64,000 nt of DNA from positions 13,454,001 through 13,518,000 of the forward strand of contig NC_091977.1 of NCBI RefSeq assembly GCF_044704955.1, given 5' to 3'. Every line of letters begins with the position of its first letter. The first letter of the stretch is position 1. Position numbers and translations under genes: made by a program. Under the pieces are notes generated by a model. It saw only the letters and a list, made by a program, of their open reading frames with translations. It was not told the DNA's origin and ran no database searches. The stretch comes from Pristiophorus japonicus (Eukaryota). This document shows, piece by piece, positions 52,886-64,000 of the stretch.

Positions 52886-53082
52886 CTTTGGGCGCTGCTC
52901 AACACTGAGCTTACAGCCCGCATCTCGCCGTAGGCAATTAGGCTCATACAGCAGTACCTGGTCTCCAGTCGTCTTGGACCCCTTTGCCACTGGACCAAGA
53001 TCTCACTCTGCTAAGCCCGTGTGGTAGCTGGTGTGCAACGGCCACCCCACGTTAAAAGAACTTACACACAGGCATCTTCCAG
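52886..53082 (+). mobile_element. RTE-tailed repeat fragment in opposite orientation, inside a minus-strand CR1 3' end
   Basis: CTGGTCTCCAGTCGTCTTGG...GCAACGGCCACCCCACGTTAAAA. Confidence 0.6.
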
Positions 53083-53440
53083 CCCCCCTCCCCACCTCCC
53101 CCTTGATTCCTTTAGTTCCCAAAAAGCTATCAATCTCAGCCTTGAATATATTCAATGGCTAAGCATCCACAGCCCTCTGGGGTTCCATTGGCATCAGCAA
53201 TTCATGCAGTCATTTGAGAGTGTGCCCACACATGTACAGATTGGAGGCATCTATTGAAGAGCCATACAACCCATATCCTTTAAGCATTGCATGACCACCA
53301 GCGAGAGCCATGACCATTCCAGGACCCTTTGTAGCAGAGCCTTCTTTGACCAAGGTGCTAGGCTTAGACTTAGCTTCCATCACGAATCCCATGGCTGGCA
53401 TTATAAAGTCTGCCCTGTCTGAATTCACCATTCACCATCT

Positions 53441-53840
53441 CATAGATCTCATAGAAACATATAAAATTCTGACGGGATTGGACAGGTTAGATGCAGGAAG
53501 AATGTTCCTGATGTTGGGGAAGTCCAGAACCAGGGGTCACAGTCTAAGGGTAAGGGGTAAGCCATTTAAGACCGAGATGAGGAGAGACTTCTTCACTCAG
53601 AGAATTATGAACCTGTGGAATTCTCTATCACAGAAAGTTGTTGATGCCAGTTCGTTAGATATATTCAAAAGGGAGTTAGATGTGGCTCTTATGGCTAAAG
53701 AGATCAAAGGGTATGGAGAGAAAGCAGGAATGGGGTACTAAAGTTGCAAAAATGATCAGCCATGATCATATTGAATGGTGGTGCAGGCTCGAAGGGCTGA
53801 ATGGACTACTCCTGCACCTATTTTCTATGTTTCTATGTTG
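53441..53840 (+). mobile_element. CR1 3' fragment, same subfamily as 5513-8405
   Basis: DLIETYKILTGLDRLDAGRMF; TTTCTATG tail. Confidence 0.88.
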
Positions 53841-55708
53841 GGTAATAACATTGAAATGGTCATAAAGCAGGGCTTCCTCAGAATCAGCTACCCCTCCCTA
53901 TTTGGCAATTTTGATCATTTTTGCACTGAGCTGCTGATTCATTGATGCGAGTTAAAAATAGTTGGGTTCTCAACATCGATCTCTGAGGCACTCCACTCAG
54001 TAACCCTCCACCCCAACACTGACCTAACTCCTCTGACAAGTACCTCCTACCCTGCAGCCAATTTTTTATCCAATCCCAAATATCATCCTAAATCCCTGCA
54101 ACTTTAATTTTAAATAGAAGTCTAGCCTGCCAAACTTTATCAAATGTTTTAAATGTCTTGGTACACCATGCCGTAAGACTTTCCAGAGAAGTATAGGAGG
54201 TTGATAAAGCCAGGATCTTTCCTTCTAGATTCATGTTTTACCAATGTTCACCAGGCTATTATTGTATAAATAATTCTCATCCGTTTACTCCCAATAATGT
54301 AATTCTGCCCAGTATTTAAGTAAGATGAATGGGTTTGTAGATGCCTGGGTGTGATTTGTCACCTTTTTTCAAGACGGGTATCTGTTGCCTGTTTAAAATC
54401 TACCAACATATTTTCAGTGTTTATCAACTTAATCGAAGCTTTGAAGATATTATGGGAAACTGATAGGGTAGATAGAGAGAAACTATTTCTGCTGGTTGGG
54501 GAGCCTAGGACTGGGGGTCGGGGGGGGTGGGGGGGGGAGGGGATAGTCTAAAAATTAGATCCAGGCCTTTCAGGAGTGAAATTAGGAAACACTTCTACAC
54601 ACAAAGGGTGGTAGAAGTTTGGAACTCTCTTCCGCAAACGGCAATTGATGCTCGATCAATTATTAATTCTAAATCTGAGATTGATAGATTTTGTCAACCA
54701 GAGGTAATAAGGGATATGGGGAAAAGGCAGGTATATGGAGTTAGGTGGCAGATCAGCCATGATCTCATTGAATGACAGAACAGGTTCAAGGGGCTCAATG
54801 GCCTCCTCCTGTTTCTCTTGTCTCTCTTAGCACTCCGGAATATATACTATCCATCTCTGGGAATGGATTTATTTCAACTCCTTTTAGTTTGCTTAGAACT
54901 ACTAGCTCATTTAAGTCAGTGATTCATTCTACTTGAACGATCACGATTTTGGGAGGACATTGTCTGAATGTCTTCCTTGTGGAAGTAGGATGAAGTAATT
55001 TTTTAGTAAATTAACTATCTTGGGTTCATCTTCGATTTTAGCCCCATTTGCATCTTTTAAGGATTCTCACCTCTGCTCTGACGTGCCTCTCACTGTTAAG
55101 AGTACTATTGTGTCTTGTATCTATTTCCAGGTTCCTCTTTGCCCCTCGACCACTATTTGATCATTTTTCTCTATTCATCCCAGCAGGATTGGAGAGTTCG
55201 TTCTCCATTCTTAGTGCACTGCAGATCAATGTGTTAACCCATTTAGAGTCACGTTTGTTTGGCCCGTGTGTGCTGATTTTGATTGGTAGCTATCCTGCAT
55301 GCTCAGTATGATGTGGATGAATTGTGGCCATGGGCTCTCCTGGTTGTCTGCCGTTACATCAGTGGAAAAGCTGTGGAAAGTGTAAACAGCAGACAATCGG
55401 GAGAACCCCTGCAGAAATTCCTACCCATTTGTTCTGTACTGAGTTGTTGCTGAACATGTTTTTGAACTTACCCGGTTTAAAATTATATCACCAGCTCGCT
55501 CCTGGTACTGCACGTTTATGAATCCCGGATCACGTTGAGCACAATATTTCGTAGTTGCTATCTCCCCAAAGAGTTGCTATTTCCGATTGCTTTATTTTAA
55601 CTGTGTAACATCATTACCAAGTCAAGATATGCATTGGCTCTGGTAGCTTTTTGATGTACTGTGTCAAGAAGCGATCATGCATTATATTTACTTTCTAAGT
55701 TTGTATTC

Positions 55709-55835
55709 AAGGGTCATTGACCTGAAACGTTAACTCTGTTTTTCTCTCCACAGATGCTGCCTGATCTGCTGAGATTTCCAGCATTTTCTGTTTTTATTTC
55801 AGATTGCAGCATCCGCAGTATTTTGCTTTTGTATT
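55709..55835 (+). mobile_element. Penelope-LTR-like repeat fragment
   Basis: Reverse complement of the 1275-1388 family. Confidence 0.55.
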
Positions 55836-55891
55836 TATCTTGCTTGCTCAGCATTATGCCTTTAAAAGAGTTCCAGTTGTCCTCTACTCCT

Positions 55892-56310
55892 CATCATCAT
55901 AAGCGGTCCCTCGTATCGAGGATGACTTGCTTCCACGCCAAAAAAGGATGAGTTCACAGGTGTTTCAATGAAGGATCTAATATTCCGAATCCCGAACTAA
56001 ATCTTGAAGGGTGGAAGATGCCTGTGTGTGGATTTTTTTTAACGTGGGGTGGCCGTTGCACACCAGCCACCACACGGGCTTGACAGAGCTAGGTCTTGGT
56101 CCAGTGGCAAGGATTAACCAAAACAACCGGAGACTTGCTCTGCTGCACAGACCTAGTGCGCACACATATCGCAGTGTGGGCTGGCCCTTGCTGCCCCTGG
56201 GCCCTCGCCTCTTCTGGCCCTGAACTCACACCTCTCCTGGGCCCCGATCACGTCCCTCTACAATCTCTCGCAGCTCCTGCTGTATCTGCCCACGCTCCAA
56301 TCACCCACCC
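55892..56310 (-). mobile_element. RTE-tailed non-autonomous repeat, (ATG)n tail
   Basis: CATCATCATAAGCGGTCCCTCGTATCGAGGATGACTTGC start on the plus strand. Confidence 0.65.
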
Positions 56311-56686
56311 GGCACATCCATACAGTCCACGTTAAACCCAGCGGATAGATAGAGGAAGGTGCAGAGCGATGTTTAAGTGGCACAGATACAATCATAGCGG
56401 TCATTAAAGTTCAGAATCCCCAGTGCCCGCTATCCTGGGCTGTGAGCTTTGCCAGGGAGTGTCTCACTGGTTTCAGTTCCCAACAGTTGCAGTGTAAATC
56501 CAGCCACCCTGTCCTGATTGAGCTGGGGAAGTAAATTGACAAAACAGACATGTCCTCTCCTAAAGGGTTGTTGAACATTCCTGGCACCTCATTTAATTCG
56601 CTTAAGCTGTTCCATCATATTTGTGAACGTAACCCTTTTACAATTACACAATGAGCTCCCGGTATTCGGCATTGATGAAATTCAGA

Positions 56687-56960
56687 TCATGCTGACTGTA
56701 ATATTTCGTGGTTGTAACCTCCCGAAGGAGCTGTGACTTCCAATTCCTTTATTTTATCTAGGTCATTTATTATTACCAAATCAAGATGTGCATTGCCTCT
56801 GAAGCACAGGGTCAAGATGCGGTCGTGCATTGCGTTTATCGACTCAAACTCTGAACGGCACAGATATTCCCAAATGATATATGGTTGATTGAAGTTCCCC
56901 ATTAAATTAGCTTTACTGTTGATGCATCAAACTGTCTTCCTTCTTACTCTGACCTAGTAG
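56687..56960 (-). mobile_element. Ancient LINE endonuclease fragment
   Basis: MGNFN...HLDLV...YNHEIL resembles degenerate GDFN/LDLV/SDH motifs. Confidence 0.55.
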
Positions 56961-58092
56961 TCTGCAGCGCACTCCTGAGAACGCCTTATGCCAATCAATC
57001 TGAATATCCCAAATAAGGATTATAGTCACCAGTGCAACACTTCCATTTCCTACAGCTCATCCATAAGGGCTCTCGGAATGAGGTTGCTAGTTTAGCATTA
57101 AACGCTGTTAATTCGATAGCTGTGCTGTGGGCCCATTCGGAACAGGGTCGAGGCTGGCCAAACTCATTTCACGTAGAATCATTGCAGCTGGCAGAGAGAG
57201 GGAGCGGGAACTATCATGCCATCTGTCTCGGGCAGGATCTGAGACCAGAGTTAACCCATCAGTACTAACCCAGTGTGACACTCAGTTCCTGGGAAATCAA
57301 TGAAATCACTTCTTCTATTTGGACCAAGTGCATCCTCTTCTGACCGAATTGCCGCGTGTGGTTCCCTCTGTCTGATCGGCATACAATGGAAGCATTTTTT
57401 TAAATGTTATTTTTATTTCGACCTTTGCTTTAGATCGATACATTTATTCCAGTTAAACCGCCGAAAACGTTCCATTGTAGCAAGATTTATTTTTTAAACA
57501 TCTTTTCCGCTGCATTCAGCTGTAATTTTGACTCGCTTGATTTTCACCAAAGCAACAGTCAATGCTTCAGTCAACACGGTTCCGATTTTTTTTAGATGAA
57601 TCATCCAAGGTCAGAATATTCAGCGATACATAAAGGGGTGGTGGACTGGAGGGTGTTACAAAGGCAATAGTGACAGATGGAATCGAGCAATGGGCAACTT
57701 GGCAACTTGAACACACTGCCAGCTGGTTGGGAGGCAGGCGCTTGACTACCCTGGGCATTCATCCCTGGCGAGAGTAAGGCTGGGGCGAGGCAGGGACGTG
57801 AAAGGTAAATTCAGTGTGAGATATGGAGTGGAGAACAGAATTCATCGCAAGCTGAGCCAAGGCTGCAGACCATCCTGTCTAATTGGACTCAATCAGTTGT
57901 CCAATGCACATGGCTCCTGCCTCCCTAATTATCGCCCCTCATCTTAATGAGCAAAGCAAGAATTCTATCTTGTGAAAAACTGCTACTTACTAATAGGCTC
58001 CCGAGTGAATTTCAAGGGCTTGAGACCTAACCTTTTATCCACAATGCCTTTCAAATAACTTCAAATCCATTTTTTAATTCATTTATGTTGCG

Positions 58093-60072
58093 AAAGTAAA
58101 CTTGCGCAAAACATAAAAACAGATAGTAAAAGCTTTTATAGATATAAAAAACGGAAAAGAGTGACTAAAGTAAATGTTGGTCCCTTCGAAGACGAGAAGG
58201 GGGATTTAATAATGGGAAATGTGGAAATGGCTGAGACCTTAAACAATTATTTTGCTTCGGTCTTCACAGAGGAAGACACAAAAACCATGCCAAAAATTGC
58301 TGGTCACAGGAATGTGGGAAGGGAGGACCTTGGGACAATCACTATCACTAGGGGGTGTAGTGCTGGACAGGCTAATGGGACTCAAGGTAGACAAGTCCCC
58401 TGGTCCTGATGAAATGCATCCCAGGGTATTAAAAGAGATGGCGGAAGTTATAGCAGATGCATTCGTTATAATCTACCAAAATTCTCTGGACTCTGGGGAG
58501 ATACCAGCGGATTGGAAAGCAGCTAATGTAACGCCTCTGTTTTAAAAAGGGGGCAGACAAAAGGCAGGTAACTATAGGCCGGTTAGTTTAATATCTGTAG
58601 TGGGGAAAATGTTTGAAGCTATCATTAAGGAAGGAATAGCGGGACATCTTGATATGAATAGTGCAATCAAGCAGACACAACATGGATTCATGAAGGGGAA
58701 ATAATGTTTAACTAATTTACTGGAATTCTTTGAGGATATAACAAGCATGGTGGATAGAGGTGTACCGATGGATGTGGTGTATTTAGATGTCCAAAAGGCA
58801 TTCGATAAGGTGTCACACAAAAGGTTACTGCAGAAGATAAAGGTACGCGGAGTCAGAGGAAATGTATTAGCATGGATCGAGAATTGGCTGGCTAATTCTC
58901 AGAAAGCAGAGAGTCGGGATAAATGGGTCCTTTTCGGGTTGGAAGTCGGGGGTTAGTGATGTGCCACAGAGATCGGTGCTGGGACCACAACTGTTTACAA
59001 TATACATAGATGACCTGGAAGAGGGGACAGAGTGTAGTGTAACAAAATTTGCAGATGACACGAAGATTAGTGGGAAAGCGGGTTGTGTAGAGGACACAGA
59101 GAGGCTGCAAAGAGATTTAGATAGGTTAAGCAAATGGGCTAAGGTTTGGCAGATGGAATACAATGTCGGAAAATGTGAGGTCATCCACCTTGGGAAAAAA
59201 AACAGTAAAAGGGAATATTATTTGACTGGGGAGAAATTACAACATGCTGCGGTGCAGAGGGACCTGGGGGTCCTTGTGTATGAAACTCTTTTTGGAAAAG
59301 CTTTAGCATGTCACATTTAACGTGATAAAATCTCGATAGATGCAGGTGGAGGTCGAACCCATGTGTTTTGGTTTACGAGACCGACGCTTTACCACTTGGC
59401 CACTAGTTTGCAGGTGCAGCAGGTAATCAGGAGGCAAATGGAATGTTGGCCTTCATTGCGAGAGGGATGGAGTACAAAAGCAGGGAGGTCTTGTTGCAAA
59501 TGTATAGGGTATTGGTGAGGCTGCACCTGGAGTACTGTGTGCAGTTTTGGTCACCTTACTTAAGGAAGGATATACTAGCTTTGGAGGGGGTACAGAGACG
59601 ATTCACTAGGCTGATTCCGGAGATGAGGGGGTTACCTTATGATGATAGATTGAGTAGACTGGGTCTTTACTCGTTGGAGTAAAGAAGGATGAGGGGTGAT
59701 CTTATAGAAACATTTAAAATAATGAAAGAGATAGACAAGATAGAGGCAGAGAGGTTGTTTCCACTGGTCGGGGAGACTAGAACTAGGGGGCACAGCCTCA
59801 AAATACGGGGGAGCCAATTTAAAACCGAGTTGAGAAGGTATTTCTTCTCCCAGAGGGTTGTGAATCTGTGGAATTCTCTGCCCAAGGAAACAGTTGAGGC
59901 TAGCTCATTGAATGTATTCAAGTCACAGATAGTTAGATTTTTAACCAATAAGGGAATTAAGGGTTATGGGGAGCGGGCGGGTAAGTGGAGCTGAGTCCAC
60001 GGCCAGATCAGCCATGATCTTGTTGAATGGTGGAGCAGGCTCGAGGGGCTAGATGGCCTACTCCTGTTCCTA
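58093..60072 (+). mobile_element. Young CR1 ORF2 copy carrying the tRNA-Thr-headed insertion
   Basis: Near-identical to ~11045-12900. Confidence 0.93.
59285..59403 (-). mobile_element. tRNA-Thr(CGT)-derived SINE-like insertion, 119 bp
   Basis: Minus strand GTGGCCAAGTGGTAAAGCGTCGGTCTCGTAAACC...GGGTTCGACC matches vertebrate tRNA-Thr-CGT; tail ends TTCCAAAAAGAGT; it replaces about 11 bp of CR1. Confidence 0.85.
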
Positions 60073-60205
60073 AAAAAAAAGAATGTTGATGGTGTTGGAT
60101 GAGGTACCAATCAAGCGGGCTGCTTTGTCCTGGATGGTGTAGAGCTTCTTGTGTGTTGAAGCTGCACTCATCCAGGCAAGGGGAGAGTATTCCATCACAC
60201 TCCTG

Positions 60206-61748
60206 AGCTAATGTAACGCCTTTGCTTAAAAAAGGGGTCAGACAAAAGGCAAGTAACTATAGGCCGATTAGTTTAACATCTGTAGTGGGGAAAATGATTG
60301 AAACTATCATTAAGGAAGAAATAGCGGGACATCTAGATAAGAATAGTGCAATCAAACAGACGCAGCATGTATTCATGAAGGGGAAATCATGTTTAACTAA
60401 TTTACTGGAATGCTTTGAGGATATAACGAGCATGGTGGATAGAAGTGTACCGATGGATGTGGTGTATTTAGATTTTCAAAAGGCATTCGATAAGGTGCCA
60501 CACAAAAGGTTACTGCAGAAGATAAAGGTACGCGGAGTCAGTGGAAATGTATTAGCATGGATATAGAATTGGCTGGCTAACAGAAAGCAGAGAGTCGGGA
60601 TAAATGGGTCCTTTTCGGGTTGGAAATCGGTGGTTAGTGGTGTGCCACAGGGATCGGTGCTGGGACCACAACTGTTTACAATATACATAGATGACCTGGA
60701 AGAAGGGACAGAAGGTCGTGTAACAAAATTTGCAGATGACACAAAGATTAGTGGGAAAGCGGGTTGTGTAGAGGACACAGAGAGGCTGCAAAGAGATTTA
60801 GATAGGTTAAGCGAATGGGCTAAGGTTTGGCAGATGGAATACAATGTTGGAAAGTGTGAGGTCATCCACCTTGGGAAAAAAACAGTAAAAGGGAATATTA
60901 TTTGAATGGGGAGAAATTACAACATGCTGAGGTGCAGAGGGACCTGGGGGTCCTTGTGCATGAAACTCTTTTGGAGTTTACCTGAAAAAAACATAAACAT
61001 TAAACCGTGCCACCCGCCCCAGATGACACACCAGACATTTACAAGGCCCTTTTTTTCTTTTTTGTGTTTTTTTTTTGTGTTTTTCTTTTTTTGGGTTTTT
61101 TTTTTTGGGGCGCTAAAATCACATATTTTCCAGTGCCCCCTATAAAAGGGGATGGGGACACTAAAAGCACCGGCAATTAAAACAAATTAAACTTTAAAAC
61201 GTAAAATCAAATTAAAATTTGGTTGCCGGGCGTGATGATGCACTCCAGTCCCTCCGGTGCCCACCTCTCGCGGAAGGCCGCGAGCGTACCGGTGGACACC
61301 GCGTGCTCCATCTCCAAGGACACCCTGGACCGGATGTAAGAGCGGAAGAGAGGCAGGCAGTCAGGTTGAACGACCCCCTCGACCGCCCGCTGCCTGGACC
61401 GGCTGATGGCACCCTTGGCCGTGCCCAGGAGCAGTTCTACGAGGAGGCCCTCGGACCTACCCGCTCCCCTCCGCACAGGGTGCCCAAAGATCAGGAGAGT
61501 GGGACTGAAGTGCAGCCAGAATTTCAGGAGCAGCCCCTTCAAATAATGGAACAGGGGCTGCAATCCTTGTGCATGAATCCCAAAAAGTTAGTTTGCAGGT
61601 GCAACAGGTAATCAGGAAGGCGAATGGAATGTTGGCCTTCATTGCGAGAGGGATGGAGTACAAAAGCAGGGAGGTCCTGCTGCAACTGTACAGGGTATTA
61701 GTGAGGCTGCACTCCTGTTCCTAATTCTTATGTTCTTATGTTCTTATA
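60206..61748 (+). mobile_element. Young CR1 copy carrying the Tx1-like insertion and an internal 3' deletion
   Basis: Same subfamily; jumps from GTGAGGCTGC to ACTCCTGTTCC-tail near 61710. Confidence 0.9.
60965..61563 (-). mobile_element. 5'-truncated Tx1-like non-LTR retrotransposon (ORF2 C-terminus + 3' UTR), 599 bp
   Basis: Open frame 61563-61207 LQPLFHYLKGLLLKFWLHFSPTLLIFG...LLLGTAK...FRERW resembles the Tx1 ORF2p C-terminus; 14-bp TSD TCCTTGTGCATGAA at 60951-60964 and 61564-61577. Confidence 0.85.
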
Positions 61749-62175
61749 TTAAATAATGAATGCTTCTACCAAGCACCATCATTAAGGAGGATCTTCAAGA
61801 ACAAGAGGGAGGAGAAGAGAGCACTCCTGTCCCTCCTGCCCCACGAGGAAACCTGAAAAATAAATATTTAAAGCTAACCTTCTGGGCCTCTTCTGGCAAA
61901 GGATCTGGCTCCCGGTAGGTTTTTCCCTGATGGGGGAAGGAGGCGTGATACTGCCCCTCCCCCGCTCGGGCCTCTGCTCGAAATTGCAGTTCGGATCATG
62001 GTGACATCATCGGACCCGATCTGCATATGTAAAACAGGGAGCCCCCTTTCGTCCTGCAAGTGTCCTGCTCGCCTGCTCAAACGAGCAGGTTGCTATGGCT
62101 ACATGATGGGCTCAGAGAGATGTTGCTCACTCCCATTATTTTAACTCCCCAAAGCCTTTCCACAAGGCACAAGTC

Positions 62176-64000
62176 ATAAGAACATAAGAACATAAGAATT
62201 AGGAACAGGAGTAGGCCATCTAGCCCCTCGAGCCTGCTCCGCCATTCAACAAGATCATGGCTGATCTGGCCGTGGACTCAGCTCCACTTACCCGCTCGCT
62301 CCCCATAACCCTTAATTCCCTTATTGGTTAAAAATCTATCTATCTGTGACTTGAATACATTCAATGAGCTAGCCTCAACTGCTTCCTTGGGCAGAGAATT
62401 CCACAGATTCACAACCCTCTGGGAGAAGAAATTCCTTCTCAACTCGGTTTTAAATTGGCTCCTCTGTATTTTGAGGCTGTGCCCCCTAGTTCTAGTCTCC
62501 CGACCAGTGGAAACAACCTCTCTGCCTCTATCTTGTCTATCCCTTTCATTATTTTAAATGTTTCTGCAAGATCACCCCTCATCCTTCTGAACTCCAATGA
62601 GTAAAGACCCAGTCTACTCAATCTATCATCATAAGGTAACCCCCTCATCTCCGGAATCAGCCTAGTGAATCGTCTCTGTACCCCCTCCAAAGCTAGTATA
62701 TCCTTCCTTAAGTAAGGTGATCAAAACTGCATGCAGTACTTCAGGTGCGGCCTCACTAATACCCTGTACAGTTGCAGCAGGACCTCCCTGCTTTTGTACT
62801 CCATCCCTCTCGCAATGAAGGCCAACATTCCATTCACCTTCCTGATTACCTGCTGCACCTGCAAACTAACTTTTTGGGATTCATGCACAAGGACCCCCAG
62901 GTCCCTCTGCACCGCAACATGTTGTAATTTCTCCCCATTCAAATAATACTCCCTTTTACTGTTTTTTTTTCCAAGGTGGATGACCTCACATTTTCCGACA
63001 TTGTATTCCATCTGCCAGACCTTAGCCCATTTGCTTAACCTATCTAAATCTCTTTGCAGCCTCTCTGTGTCCTCTATACAACCGGCTTACCCATTAATCT
63101 TTGTGTCATCCGCAAATTTTGTTACACTACACTCTGTCCCCTCTTCCAGGTCATCTTGTATATATTGTGAACAGTTGTGGTCCCAGCACCGATCCCTGTG
63201 GCACACCACTAACCACCGATTTCCAACCCGAAAAGGACCCATTTATCCCGACTCTCTGCTTTCTGTTAGCCAGCCAATTCTCGATCCATGCTAATACATT
63301 TCCTCTGACACCACGTACCTTTATCTTCTGCATAAACCTTTTGTGTGGCACCTTATCGAATGCCTTTTGAAAATCTAAATACACCACATCCACCGGTACA
63401 CCTCTATCCACCATGCTCATTATATCCTCAAAGAATTCCAGTAAATTAGTTATACATGATTTCCCCTTCATGAATCCATGTTGCGTCTGCTTGATTGCAC
63501 TATTCCGATCTAGATGTCCCGCTATTTCTTCCTTAATGATAGCTTCAAGCATTTTCCCCACTACAGATGTTAAACTAACCGGCCTATATTTACCTGTCTT
63601 TTGTCTGCCCCCTTTTTTAAACAGAGGCGTTACATTAGCTGCTTTCCAATCCGCTGGTACCTCCCCAGAGTCCAGAGAATTTTGGTAGATTATAACGAAT
63701 GCATCTGCTATAACTTCCGCCATTTCTTTTAATACCCTGGGATGCATTTCATCAGGACCAGGGGACTTGTCTACCTTGAGTCCCATTAGCCTGTCCAGCA
63801 CTACCCCCCTAGTGATAGTGATTATCTCAAGGTCCTCCCTTCCCACATTCCCATGACCAGCAATTTTTGGCTTGGTTTTTGTGTCTTCCACTGTGAAGAC
63901 CGAAGCAAAATAATTGGTTAAGGTCTCAGCCATTTCCACATTTCCCATTATTAAATCCCCCTTCTCATCTTCTAAGGGACCAACATTTACTTTAGTCACT
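62176..64000 (-). mobile_element. Young CR1 copy running off the window end
   Basis: 282-aa RT-containing ORF 63151-63999; CATAAGAA tail at 62176. Confidence 0.95.

Noticed and set aside
39580-58090. Terminal exons of POLN, the convergent neighbour of NAT8L in human
   Set aside because: No recognisable POLN C-terminal peptide by eye; TBLASTN is needed to exclude it.
59338-59403. Functional tRNA-Thr gene
   Set aside because: The 5' acceptor strand is missing, arms have mismatches, and it sits inside a CR1 with a retroelement-like tail.

Overview
Eukaryotic, repeat-dense vertebrate DNA. The repeat types (CR1 LINEs with GTTCTTAT/TTTCTATG tails, L2, tRNA-SINEs, Harbinger elements) suggest a cartilaginous fish; this is inference. 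The only host coding sequence I recognise is the last coding exon of NAT8L (22821-23188, +). It is followed by about 11 kb free of CR1 that looks like a very long 3' UTR. The rest is nested CR1 copies, an L2 fragment, RTE-tailed non-autonomous repeats, Harbinger-type MITEs, a Harbinger element carrying only a spliced Myb/SANT pseudogene, a pogo/Tigger-like MITE, a solo LTR and several minisatellites. The most notable observation is that two neighbouring copies of one young CR1 subfamily are interrupted at the same nucleotide (after TCCTTGTGYATGAA) and in the same antisense orientation. One insert is a 5'-truncated Tx1-like retrotransposon with a 14-bp TSD; the other is a tRNA-Thr(CGT)-headed short element sharing its 3' terminus. 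This suggests a CR1-targeting, sequence-specific LINE/SINE pair. Boundaries were read by eye and are approximate unless a TSD or TIR is quoted.
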